56,068 nt of DNA from Verrucomicrobiales bacterium (lineage in GTDB: Bacteria > Verrucomicrobiota > Verrucomicrobiia > Verrucomicrobiales > V1-33), in contig JANOAV010000031.1 of the NCBI GenBank assembly GCA_031411295.1, forward strand, positions 1-56,068, written 5' to 3'. The position numbers were made by a program, and so were the translations under genes. Shown piece by piece: positions 29,496 to 39,117 of this stretch; position 1 is the first letter of the stretch, and each line of letters begins with the position of its first letter. The notes under the pieces are model-generated. The model saw only the letters and a program-made list of their open reading frames with translations, was not told the DNA's origin and made no database searches.

Positions 29496-30866
29496 CTAGC
29501 AAACGGCAAGCTGCTGCTGCCAACGCGTCAATTCAGTGGCCAGATTGGTGGGAGAAGGGGCGCCAATCCCTTTGCGGGCAGCCAGCGCGGTTTCCAAATT
29601 CAGCACTTTGTAAACATCGTCCCGGAAGACCGGGGAGAATTGCTGATACTCCGCCAACGTTAACACCGGGAAACCCCGGGCCTCTTTGAGGCTGAACGCA
29701 GTCAGTTTTCCAATCACTTCATGGGCTTGGCGAAATGGCACCCCGTTCAGCACCAGATAGTCCGCCAAGTCCGTGGCCAGCAGGAACGGATCGGATGCGG
29801 CAGCCCGCATGGCATCGGCTTTCGGCTTCATGCCAGCGATCATTTCCGCAAAGACTTCGAGGGCCAGTTGAATCGTGTCCACGGAATCGAAAAGACGTTC
29901 CTTATCCTCCTGCAGATCCCGATTGTAAGTCATGGGCAGTCCCTTCAGCGTCGTGAGGATGCTAACTAGATTCCCGTAAAGCCGCCCCGTCTTGCCGCGC
30001 GTCAGTTCCGCCACATCGGGATTCTTCTTTTGCGGCATCAGACTGGAGCCCGTGGTGTGAGCATCGCTCAGGGAAATGAAGCCGAATTCCGCACTCACCC
30101 AGAGAATGATGTCCTCGCTCAACCGACTTAAATGCATGCCGCAGAGCGCGATGGCGAACAAGATTTCCGCAATGAAATCACGGTCACTCACGGCATCCAT
30201 ACTGTTTCGGGTCACAGCAGGGAAATTCAACTGCTGGGCCACGAATTCACGGTCCAGCACAATTGTGCTTCCTGCAAGCGCGCCTGATCCCAGCGGCATG
30301 ACATTGGCCCGGGCCGCCGCATCCGCCAAGCGCGCGGCATCCCGATCCAGCATTTCCACATAAGCCAGCAAATGATGCCCAAAGAGCACCGGCTGCCCGC
30401 GTTGCAGGTGGGTGTAGCCGGGCAAAATAAGATCCTGCTGCTCTACGGCCGCAGCCACTAAGGCAGATTGCAACCCACGCACCAGGGTGATGATCCGCTG
30501 CACCTGGTCGCGACAATACAGCCGCACGTCCAGCGCCACTTGGTCATTGCGACTGCGCGCCGTGTGTAATTTCGCGCCAGCGGCCCCAATGCGTTCCGTC
30601 AGGGTTGACTCAATGTTCATGTGAACATCCTCCAGTTCCATCCGCCAGTTGAAATTTCCCGCCGCGATCTCTTCCAAGATGGCCTGCAGACCATCCCGAA
30701 TTTGGGCTAGCTCGGCAGCTGTAATGATACCGGCACGTTCCAGAGCGCCCGCATGAGCGAGCGATCCCTGGATATCGTAAGGGTAGAGCCTCCAATCAAA
30801 GGAGATACTCTCACCGTAACGTTGCACCAAATTAGAAGTAGCAGTTGCAAATCGACCTTTCCACAT
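29496..30866 (-). CDS. argH: Argininosuccinate lyase
   Basis: MWKGRF, EDVHM, RSRNDQV, PGYTHLQ and GSSLMPQKKNPD motifs. Confidence 0.96.
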   Translation of the reverse strand: MWKGRFATATSNLVQRYGESISFDWRLYPYDIQGSLAHAGALERAGIITAAELAQIRDGLQAILEEIAAGNFNWRMELEDVHMNIESTLTERIGAAGAKLHTARSRNDQVALDVRLYCRDQVQRIITLVRGLQSALVAAAVEQQDLILPGYTHLQRGQPVLFGHHLLAYVEMLDRDAARLADAAARANVMPLGSGALAGSTIVLDREFVAQQLNFPAVTRNSMDAVSDRDFIAEILFAIALCGMHLSRLSEDIILWVSAEFGFISLSDAHTTGSSLMPQKKNPDVAELTRGKTGRLYGNLVSILTTLKGLPMTYNRDLQEDKERLFDSVDTIQLALEVFAEMIAGMKPKADAMRAAASDPFLLATDLADYLVLNGVPFRQAHEVIGKLTAFSLKEARGFPVLTLAEYQQFSPVFRDDVYKVLNLETALAARKGIGAPSPTNLATELTRWQQQLAVC

Positions 30867-31007
30867 GCTTCTGAAATGGGGGCAGATTGGCCCGGATGCA
30901 AATAAAATGCGCAGCGGATGATGGAAAACTCACCCCGCAAGCACGGCCTGTTAGAGAATGGGACTCGATTAGGCCCGCATGTCTCATTTACCCCAGAAGT
31001 CCGCTTG

Positions 31008-31061
31008 GGACATGGCTGCGGGCTGAAGCCCATGACTACTTAATGCCGCCGTAGTCCCGGG
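31008..31061. repeat. Second copy of the REP-like element (inverted)
   Basis: The reverse complement of 31008-31047 closely matches 25559-25598; it is followed by GTAGTCCCGGG. Confidence 0.7.
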
Positions 31062-31185
31062 ACATGCCGGCGCGCGGAATTCGGCTGCTTGGCCCCCACT
31101 TCCCGCTGATTTCCCGGGTTGCAAACTCCACGTTCCACCCGAACATTGCGCGCGTTGCCCTGCCCCCCCTTGCTCTTCCAATCTC

Positions 31186-32883
31186 ATGGTTCATCCTGCT
31201 TACAACGAAACTGGCGCTGGTCGCCAACCGGTCTATGTTATCGGTCACAAAAATCCTGACACCGACGCCATTTGCTCCGCGATTGGCTATGCGGAGTTGT
31301 TGGTGCGCACGCGGTATCCTGATGCCGTGGCCGCCTGCTGTGGTGGGTTGAATCCGCGCACGAAGTGGGTGCTGGAGCAGGCCGGACTGGAACCCCCGCA
31401 GTTGGTGATGGACTTGCGCCCTACGGTGGGTGGCATTTGCCGGGCGGATGTGATCAAGGCGCGGGAGGATGAATCGTTTTTGGATGTCTATCAGCGCATG
31501 GTGAAAGTGAACGTGCGGGTCATCCCCATCGTGGATGAACACGACTGCATCGTGGGATTAGCCTCCGTGCAGGAATTGCTGAATTTGCTGCTGCATAGCT
31601 TGGACTCCAAGGCTCATGCGCGTCGCGTGCGGACCAGCCTGCACAACATTGCCCGCACCCTGGAAGGCGTGGTGGACTGCGGCACGGATTTGGAGCGGGA
31701 ACAGGAGTTCGTGCTGACGGTTAGTGCCAGCAGTCTGGAGACCGTCGGGAGCCGGATTAGTGAGTTCCCGCCAGACCGGCTGGTCGTGGTCGTGGGAGAT
31801 CGGCCTGAGGTCCATGAAATGGCGCTCACCGCCAAAGTTCGCACGATCATTTTAACGAATGGAGCCCATCTGTCGCCTGCCCTGTTTACCCAAGCCAAAG
31901 CGCAGGGCACCACCATCATTTCGTGCCATCATGACACCGCCAGCACCGTGCAACTGATTCGTTGCAGCCGGCGCATTGCCGATGCGGTGCAGAAGGATTT
32001 CCTACAGTATGGCTCCAAGACGCTGGTGGCCAGCATTCTGCCGCAAATCCAGCATTCCTCGCAGGCGCTGTTTCCCGTGGTGGCCGAGGAAAGCGGCAAA
32101 CTCATCGGCGTGTTTGCCAAGTCCGATTTACTGGACCCGCCGCGTCAGCGCTTGGTGTTAGTGGACCACAACGAGTTCTCCCAAGCCGTGCCCGGAGCCA
32201 GCGATGGCAACATCCTGGAAGTGATCGATCACCACCGCCTCAGCGGAAATTTAGTATCGCGCGAGCCGATTCGTTTCATCAACGAACCAGTTGGCAGCAC
32301 CAGCACCATCGTGGCGCGACTCTTCACGATGCAAGGCCAGACGCCCACCAAGGCCACCGCTACCTGTTTGGCTGCGGGAATCATCTCGGATACCCTGAAA
32401 CTGAGCGGCCCGACCACCAGCACCATGGACCGGGAAATGCTCTGGTGGCTGGCTGGCGTGGCTGGCATTGAAGTGGATAAATTTGCCTCCGAGTTCTTTG
32501 CCGCTGGCTCCCTGTTGCGCGGAGCCAGTGCGGAAATCATCCTCAATACCGATCGCAAGGAGTTCAGCGAGCACGGATGGAATATCTCCATCAGCCAAAT
32601 CGAGGAACTGGGCCTGGACGCGCTCCCAGCCCGACTGCCTGAACTGCGCACCCATTTGCAGGCCTTGTGCCGGGATAAAGGGCTGGATTTCACTTGTCTG
32701 ATCGTGACCGATATTTCGCAGCATCACAGCATCCTCCTAACCGCCGGTGCCCCCTCCATTGAGGAGCACATCGATTTCACCAACAATGTGGACGGCACTT
32801 ACTCGATGCCTGGCGTGGTGAGCCGCAAGAAGCAGTTCTTCCCGTTCATCTCCCGCGTGCTTGCGAAGGCGGTGCGGAATTAA
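31186..32883 (+). CDS. ppaC: Manganese-dependent inorganic pyrophosphatase (family II) with CBS/DRTGG insert
   Basis: GHKNPDTD, LVDHN, IDHHR, PVGST, ISDT and SRKKQ motifs; central CBS-DRTGG region. Confidence 0.92.
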   Translation: MVHPAYNETGAGRQPVYVIGHKNPDTDAICSAIGYAELLVRTRYPDAVAACCGGLNPRTKWVLEQAGLEPPQLVMDLRPTVGGICRADVIKAREDESFLDVYQRMVKVNVRVIPIVDEHDCIVGLASVQELLNLLLHSLDSKAHARRVRTSLHNIARTLEGVVDCGTDLEREQEFVLTVSASSLETVGSRISEFPPDRLVVVVGDRPEVHEMALTAKVRTIILTNGAHLSPALFTQAKAQGTTIISCHHDTASTVQLIRCSRRIADAVQKDFLQYGSKTLVASILPQIQHSSQALFPVVAEESGKLIGVFAKSDLLDPPRQRLVLVDHNEFSQAVPGASDGNILEVIDHHRLSGNLVSREPIRFINEPVGSTSTIVARLFTMQGQTPTKATATCLAAGIISDTLKLSGPTTSTMDREMLWWLAGVAGIEVDKFASEFFAAGSLLRGASAEIILNTDRKEFSEHGWNISISQIEELGLDALPARLPELRTHLQALCRDKGLDFTCLIVTDISQHHSILLTAGAPSIEEHIDFTNNVDGTYSMPGVVSRKKQFFPFISRVLAKAVRN

Positions 32884-32914
32884 AAGGGAGGCGGGAGGAG
32901 CAGAGCCCACCCGA

Positions 32915-33766
32915 TTATAAACGCAGCGGTGCCAGCTTCGCGAGCGCCCGCTTTTGATTTACAATGCGGAGGACATATTCCGTGCTGTGGGCCGCAGAAA
33001 TTTTGGGCTCTGGGGCCAGGGACCAATCGTCATCATAACCATAGGCCTGCAAATAGGTGGCCAGGATAGGGCGAAGGACCGATTCGTCCTCTGGCGTGAA
33101 CCAATGTTTCCAACTCCCAGCCCCACGAGTGCGTTCCACGCGGGAGACTTCCGGACCGACGTGAAATGGTTTTTTCAAGGTCAGTCCAAGATACTTTTCC
33201 AACGCGGCCAAATCTCCGTCCACCATGGTTTCATAACGCAGCACGTGATGCACCGGAGCCGTTTGTTGCAGCCGATACAACAGTTCCGTAGCCGGAGCCA
33301 AGCGTTGCAGTTCTTCATGCAAAGCCTGCCCACGCCAACCGGCATTCACCCGGATGAGATCACACAGCGAGACGGCACGGGGGGTCTGACGTTTCTGTTC
33401 CAGCAAATCCAACCAGGCCCGCACCGTAGCCTCGTCCTGCGGAGCGTCGGTATTCCAAATGTGATAGAGCACGCGACTCACCAAGACATCGCGTGGATCC
33501 CGCACCAGAAAAATGCGGTGCGTGAAATGATCCAGCAGCGTGACGGGAAACGATTCCGGCCACGCGGTGGGCAGGATCTTGGTGAGGAAACAGCGCGCTG
33601 TTAAATACGGCTGGAGCGCTGCGGCCGACATCGGTTCGAACAGTTCCGCAGGCTGAGCTGGCAGCGCTGCCCGCACCCCGTAAAACAGAGCCGTGGTGCC
33701 GGACTTTGGCAGACCCAGGATCACCACTCGTCGCGTCTTACGCAGAAATGAAGGCCAGAGCGTCAC
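32915..33766 (-). CDS. Sulfotransferase-family protein
   Basis: GLPKSGTT PAPS-binding loop, RDPRD..VS and RYE motifs. Start uncertain (GTG at 33766 or ORF start 33793). Confidence 0.75.
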   Translation of the reverse strand: MTLWPSFLRKTRRVVILGLPKSGTTALFYGVRAALPAQPAELFEPMSAAALQPYLTARCFLTKILPTAWPESFPVTLLDHFTHRIFLVRDPRDVLVSRVLYHIWNTDAPQDEATVRAWLDLLEQKRQTPRAVSLCDLIRVNAGWRGQALHEELQRLAPATELLYRLQQTAPVHHVLRYETMVDGDLAALEKYLGLTLKKPFHVGPEVSRVERTRGAGSWKHWFTPEDESVLRPILATYLQAYGYDDDWSLAPEPKISAAHSTEYVLRIVNQKRALAKLAPLRL

Positions 33767-33771
33767 GCGCG

Positions 33772-35058
33772 TTATCTGCGTTGATGACGCCAAAAGAGGA
33801 ACAAGCCAATGGCCCCAAACAACACGTTAGGGAGCCAAACCCAATACTGGGGATAGTATTGCGGCTTATCCTTCCAGAGATTCCCCAACATAATGAAGGC
33901 GAAGTAAAGGATCCCCACGACCAGACTCAGCACAAAGCCAGCCGACGTTTCCCGGCGTTGCGCGGCAATGCCAAAGCAGATTCCCACCAACCCCAGCGTA
34001 AGACAGGCAAAGGAGAAACTGTAGCGCGAGTTGTATTCTGTGATCGCCTCGCTGCGCAGTTTCTTCCGGTCCGCGTCACTCTTGAGACTGTCCATGTATT
34101 CCTGAAGCACTTGATTGGTCGGCCCCTTCTGACCGCTCGGATCCACGCTGGCATCGGTATATAACTCCCGCAACTCCCGCAAGGTCATGCCGTCCACCCG
34201 GGGGCGGTTCGCCTTGCGCCAGAATTCGGAAAGATCCACTCCCTTGGGGAGAAAGTCCTGCTGCCCAGGTGTGAGAATTTGGAGCGGACCCGGGACCTTG
34301 CGACGTTTGGCGGGATCCGGGTCCGGATTGGGATCTTTCGGATCATCGATTAACTTGAACTCATGCTTGATCACGACCACGTCCCGCAAATCAAGGTCAA
34401 TGGACTTCTCGCCTTTGTGCGGCGTGATATCGACCGTCTTGGCCATGATAAAAGCCATGGGCGCAGGCACTTCACCTCCCTCAGATGCCAGCAGCATGGC
34501 CCAAAAACCCTTCAGCTTGGCCCCTTCCCGATCTTCCGCATACATGACGTAACCCGGAATGTCGGAGATGACCTTTTGCGGTTCGAACATCTTTTCCGGC
34601 TGATCCATGGCAATGCTGTATTTCTGGACCTTGAGGGATTTGTAAGCTTCCGGGGCAATCTTCACATTAACCCAGAAGCAAAGCAGCGAGAGCAAGCCAG
34701 CGACCAAGAACACTGGCAGGCAGATCCGTCCCAGCCCCAGTCCGGACATGCGCATCGTCGTCAGTTCATTATCCGCCGAGAGCCGACCAAAGACTAGCAA
34801 CACCGAGGTCAGAATGCCCCACGGCACCGTAAATGAAAGTGAGTATCCAAAGGAATCCCAGATGAGCCCGGGAATCTGGTGCAGGCTCACCAGCCCACTC
34901 GTAAGGCCATCCGCCAGCACCCGGAAGACGCTTCCCAGCACGAGAATGACACTTAACACCGCCACCGCAATGAAGGTGGATATGAGCACCTGCCTCGCCA
35001 AGTAACGGTCGAGGATGCGGATGGGAAGCCAGCTGATAATGCTCCGAAGGAAGCTCAT
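33772..35058 (-). CDS. LptF/LptG family LPS export permease
   Basis: ILDRYL, GRLSADNE..MR.SG, three N-terminal and three C-terminal TM helices, W.PN. Confidence 0.9.
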   Translation of the reverse strand: MSFLRSIISWLPIRILDRYLARQVLISTFIAVAVLSVILVLGSVFRVLADGLTSGLVSLHQIPGLIWDSFGYSLSFTVPWGILTSVLLVFGRLSADNELTTMRMSGLGLGRICLPVFLVAGLLSLLCFWVNVKIAPEAYKSLKVQKYSIAMDQPEKMFEPQKVISDIPGYVMYAEDREGAKLKGFWAMLLASEGGEVPAPMAFIMAKTVDITPHKGEKSIDLDLRDVVVIKHEFKLIDDPKDPNPDPDPAKRRKVPGPLQILTPGQQDFLPKGVDLSEFWRKANRPRVDGMTLRELRELYTDASVDPSGQKGPTNQVLQEYMDSLKSDADRKKLRSEAITEYNSRYSFSFACLTLGLVGICFGIAAQRRETSAGFVLSLVVGILYFAFIMLGNLWKDKPQYYPQYWVWLPNVLFGAIGLFLFWRHQRR

Positions 35059-35281
35059 GGAAAGATTGATAAAATACGGGGAACGGCCAGACCTTGGAGG
35101 TGAATTTCCAGATTCGCAACACAGTAAAGTTTAATCTGGCGAAAAGAACATTGCCCGAGGTGGCGGCCGCTATTCGGCCCAGGCTAAGTTTTGCTGCACT
35201 GGACACTGCGCAGGACACGTCCCCCTGGTAGAAATCCCGTCGGACTCCACTCCCGACCCCTTTTCCGCCCCAAAATGGTCA

Positions 35282-35529
35282 CAACATTCTGCCACCCGAG
35301 CACCGTTATTGTTAGGATCGGGCCAACATTTGCCTTCCCGACCCTTGCGAAGCCCAATGTTGGCCCAACATTTGGCCTCCCGACCTCGCGACCCTCAATG
35401 TTGGCGCAACATTTGGCCTCCCGACCCTCGCGAAGCCCAATGTTGGCCCAACATTCCGCCTCCCGAGCCTCGGGAGCCTCAATGTTGCGCCAACCCTAAC
35501 AATAACGGTGCTCGGGAGGCAGAATGTTG
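35282..35529. repeat. 42-bp period palindromic tandem array bounded by 35-bp inverted repeats
   Basis: CAAC(ATT) recurs at 35282, 35324, 35366, 35407, 35449 and 35491. 35282-35316 and 35495-35529 are inverted repeats with one mismatch. Confidence 0.9.
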
Positions 35530-35838
35530 CCCTAATATCCAGAATCGCTACCCTCGGGAGGCAAAGTATTGGCACCTCTACCTCGGGAAACACCCCCGCG
35601 TCCCGCTCCGAAGTGCCCGCATCGAACCGGGCAACACCCGATTCCCCCCAGCGCCCCATCATTTTCCCCAGCCGGACCGCCGCGCCCCCGGAAATACTCG
35701 TCACTTCCCTCTGTGCAACACCCGTGGACGGAAAAATTGCCTGCAGAGTTCACTCCGCGTCACCCGATCCGCCAGATCCAGCCATATGAGGAGGGACTCC
35801 AGCGGATATTTTTACCGTAATCAGAAACGTCTGCTGCT

Positions 35839-37623
35839 TTACGTCTGCCCACCTTCGGTTTTCCGCAAGGGAGCCAGCAATTCCTCAATCTTCGCCTTCG
35901 CCTGCTCCTGCGTCTGGCCCATTTCCATGAGCAGGCCACCATAGTTCTGGATTGCAGTTTGTAAATGCGGGTGTGGATGTCCTGTGGCGATGGTGAAGGT
36001 GATGAAGATTTCCACCATCCGCCACATCAGCGGCTCGGCCTCGTGCAGGCGATTGGTGGCCTGGAGCAATTGCGCGAGGTTATTGAGACGGATGGCGACG
36101 TCTGGATGAAATGGACCATAGTTGGCTTCATCAATCTCCAGCGCCCGCAGCATCTGCGGCTCTGCCTCCAGTAAGCGGTTGGACTCCATTAGTAGAACCG
36201 CTAGGTTACTTAGATAGGTGGCGACTTTGGGATGGCAAGGTCCGTAGCTTGCCTCGGTTATTTCTAGCGCCCGACGCATCAGCGATTCCGCTTCCGCTAG
36301 GCGATTAGTAGCTTTGAGCATTGCTCCGAGATTATTTAGACGAGCAGCTACCATGGGATGGCTAGGGCCGTAACTAGCTTCGTCGATCTGTAACGCTCGG
36401 CGCATGAGTGGCTCCGCCTCGCTGAGGCGGTTAGTGGAATTAAGCAAGAGCGCGAGATTGTTCAGGCGAATTGCCACAGTTGGATGTGTAGGGCCGCCAC
36501 TGGCCTCGCCAATTTCGAGAGCACGGCGCATCAGCGATTCCGCTTCGTCCAACCGGCTTGTAGCCTGAAGCAAGGTTGCTAGATTACTGAGACGGAGCGC
36601 CACATTCGGATGTGATGGACCGTAACTGGTTTCATCGATCGCCAATGCCCGACGCATCAGTGGCTCAGCTTCACTCAGGCGGTTGGTGTGCCTGAATATT
36701 TGCGCAAGATTATTAAGTTGATTGGAGACTATGGGATGGTCGAGTCCATAGCTGATTTCAGCGATCTCAAGGGCTTGGCGCATAAGAGTCTCTGCCTCGC
36801 TCATGCGGTTGGTCTCAATGAGCAAGGTTGCAAGGTTATTGAGGGCGGAAGCGACTAGGGGGCTACCTTTACCATGGGCAGATTTTTGCCAATCTAGTAT
36901 TTGCCGCAGAAGGAACTCTGCCTCATCAAATCGATTGCTGTGACGATACAAATTCGCCAATTCATACGCCCAAGCCACGACATGCGGCAATAGCTCCGGA
37001 CTTGGTGGGGTTCCAGCCTCCCGAAGGCGCGTCTCCAGTTCGCTGAGGCGGAACAGTTTTTCCTCATACGGGAGCCCATCGACCACATCGTGCCCCGGGA
37101 AGGAATCCTCCATTGTGACATCCAGATAATGTTCATCCGGGATAAACTCGAACTGGTGACTGCGGTAGCGCCAGAAGTCCGGTGCGTGACGAGCCAGCTT
37201 GGCTAGAGCATACTCGGCAAGCCAGAAAACAACCGGGCAGTGCAGACGCTCCCACGACTCGCGGGAACTGTTGAGCACGCGGATGGCAGGCTGCAATTCC
37301 CCCTCAAATGGAATACTGGACTCCAAGCCCAAAATGAAGATGGCTTCAGTAGTGGCGGGTGCAAGTTGGCTCTGGACGTAGGATAGCACATCGTCCACTT
37401 TTTCCGGGAGGGTAACGACTAGGGTGCCGGGAAATTCCTCGCAGAGTCGTTGGATGAGGGTTTTCCGCAGACTGTGATCTTGGCAGACAGCAAAACTGAG
37501 CGAGAATGTGCCGTTGGAGACTTGCATCATCCGCCGGAAGGCAGCCAAGTCTGCGGCCTGACGCTCGGTAGTTGATTCTGGGGCGGCAGCGGGGCGGGCA
37601 CGTTTCCGCTTGGGAGTGCTCAT
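35839..37623 (-). CDS. Tetratricopeptide repeat protein (42-aa kinesin-light-chain-type TPRs) with N-terminal degenerate NTPase-like domain
   Basis: Seven A..LNNLA.LL..TNRL.EAE.LMRRAL.I.E..YGP.HP.V repeats. The N-terminal LN..RE..VVFWL..APDFW region has no Walker A. Confidence 0.85.
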   Translation of the reverse strand: MSTPKRKRARPAAAPESTTERQAADLAAFRRMMQVSNGTFSLSFAVCQDHSLRKTLIQRLCEEFPGTLVVTLPEKVDDVLSYVQSQLAPATTEAIFILGLESSIPFEGELQPAIRVLNSSRESWERLHCPVVFWLAEYALAKLARHAPDFWRYRSHQFEFIPDEHYLDVTMEDSFPGHDVVDGLPYEEKLFRLSELETRLREAGTPPSPELLPHVVAWAYELANLYRHSNRFDEAEFLLRQILDWQKSAHGKGSPLVASALNNLATLLIETNRMSEAETLMRQALEIAEISYGLDHPIVSNQLNNLAQIFRHTNRLSEAEPLMRRALAIDETSYGPSHPNVALRLSNLATLLQATSRLDEAESLMRRALEIGEASGGPTHPTVAIRLNNLALLLNSTNRLSEAEPLMRRALQIDEASYGPSHPMVAARLNNLGAMLKATNRLAEAESLMRRALEITEASYGPCHPKVATYLSNLAVLLMESNRLLEAEPQMLRALEIDEANYGPFHPDVAIRLNNLAQLLQATNRLHEAEPLMWRMVEIFITFTIATGHPHPHLQTAIQNYGGLLMEMGQTQEQAKAKIEELLAPLRKTEGGQT

Positions 37624-37626
37624 TGC

Positions 37627-38940
37627 TTATGACTCTTTTGAGGCTGCTGGAGGCGTCAGCGTTTCGATCGCAGGATTCAGGCCATACCATTCTTCGTCAT
37701 TCCGGTAGAGTAGCAACGCCCGGCTCTCAAGGAGTTCACGAAATGGCTTCTCGTTCGTCTCGGTTCTAACAACCTGCCCTGTTTTTCTTGCTTCTTCCAG
37801 CACTGGCCAGTGATCAGCCCGTAGTTGGCGGCGGTAGCTACGCATGACTTCCTGGCTGGTGCGCTTAATGCCCTTGGAACCAATGGGGATCCCAGTGGTT
37901 ACGATTGCTTCGCGAATAAGCGTCATCAGTTCCGTAGGCTGACCACCCGTAAGCTTGATGAGATCATCCCGGACTTTAGCGCTCTCGAAGAGGTCGTCTT
38001 CAGTGGCTCCGACACTGGTGAGTCGGGCAGTGATCATTTCCCGGAATTTGGCAATTCCCTTAGGATAGGTCTTGCTGGCGGGTGGAGGCGTTTCGATCTT
38101 GGTCATGGGCACCACCGGAAAGTCACCTCCGTAGAGGCGTCTAATGGTGCTCTCATGGTGAGAGTAAGCCAACTCGATGGGGACGGTGTAAACCAGATGG
38201 CACTTGAATGCAGTGAGCTGAGCAGAGCGATGAACAAACAAATACTCGGTGGTGGAACACCCCGCATCTTCATGCGGCCGCGTGATCATTTTATCCAGAT
38301 CATCCACAATGATTACAAGGCCACGGAAGTGTTGTTTCTGGAGTTCGAGAACCGCCGTGCCAATGATATCATTGGCAGCTGTGAGCCAGTTGTCCGTGTC
38401 GGGTTCCAAGGCGGCTCGGACTTTCTTGCGGGCGTCAGGGCTGTTCCGAATGGTCGACGAAATTTTAGCCATGCCCACTTCCAAGTCCATTTTTTCGAAT
38501 TCAACTTCGGTTAAAGCCAATTCCTTAAGGCGTTGCCAGCGGTCTTTGAAATAACCGGGCTTGAGGGCGATGTTAGCACGTTCTTTAAGTTGTTTAGCAA
38601 GCTGTCGAATGATGGCCACCAGGACTTCTGGGAAGTCCACATCGTTGCGGTCCAGCTCTTCATCCGCCTGCACTTGAACAACAAAAATTCGTTCATTAGC
38701 GTGAGCGTGATTCTCCAAAGCGTAGCGCAGTTGCCAAAGTTCGGTGGATTTCCCGCTGCCTCTATGGCCAGTGAGAACCTGACACGAGGGGCCATCGGAA
38801 AGCAGAACCTTCTGCTTCATCTGGTTGACCACACTGCTGTCCCCACGCACGGAATCCAAATCCACATACAAATCCTGCTGTCCCTTGTGCAAGGGCGTGG
38901 GATTGAAAGCTGCGTAGATATTTTTCAGAAGGTCTGACAT
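37627..38940 (-). CDS. P-loop ATPase (AAA+/STAND-like)
   Basis: Walker A GHRGSGKST, Walker B LVIIVDDLDK, TGG.P motif. Confidence 0.85.
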   Translation of the reverse strand: MSDLLKNIYAAFNPTPLHKGQQDLYVDLDSVRGDSSVVNQMKQKVLLSDGPSCQVLTGHRGSGKSTELWQLRYALENHAHANERIFVVQVQADEELDRNDVDFPEVLVAIIRQLAKQLKERANIALKPGYFKDRWQRLKELALTEVEFEKMDLEVGMAKISSTIRNSPDARKKVRAALEPDTDNWLTAANDIIGTAVLELQKQHFRGLVIIVDDLDKMITRPHEDAGCSTTEYLFVHRSAQLTAFKCHLVYTVPIELAYSHHESTIRRLYGGDFPVVPMTKIETPPPASKTYPKGIAKFREMITARLTSVGATEDDLFESAKVRDDLIKLTGGQPTELMTLIREAIVTTGIPIGSKGIKRTSQEVMRSYRRQLRADHWPVLEEARKTGQVVRTETNEKPFRELLESRALLLYRNDEEWYGLNPAIETLTPPAASKES

Positions 38941-39117
38941 GATGGAATGAGTTGTCTGGTCTGGGAATGGGATGGCGCGAAGTTTAGACTGAATTTGTCC
39001 CCCTTGCGAATGATTTGTTTCCTCGGAGAAGCGATGCGCAGAACAGGCGCTGTTTGAAATTAAAACCGCTCGAAAAGCCCATTGCCCTTTTGCGTGTCAG
39101 CGCTCTAATTCGCCCGC

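Noticed and set aside
35282..35529. CRISPR array interpretation of the 42-bp repeats
   Set aside because: The intervening segments are variants of one another rather than unique spacers, and there are no cas genes in the window.
35191..35944. ORFs 35191-35499, 35309-35944 and 35312-35704
   Set aside because: They are translations of the repeat array, with a 41-bp unit breaking the frame and no recognisable domain or normal codon pattern.
35207..39045. Possible direct repeats flanking the island (TGCGCAGGACA / TGCGCAGAACA)
   Set aside because: Only 10 of 11 nt match in GC-rich DNA, which could be chance; no integrase is nearby.
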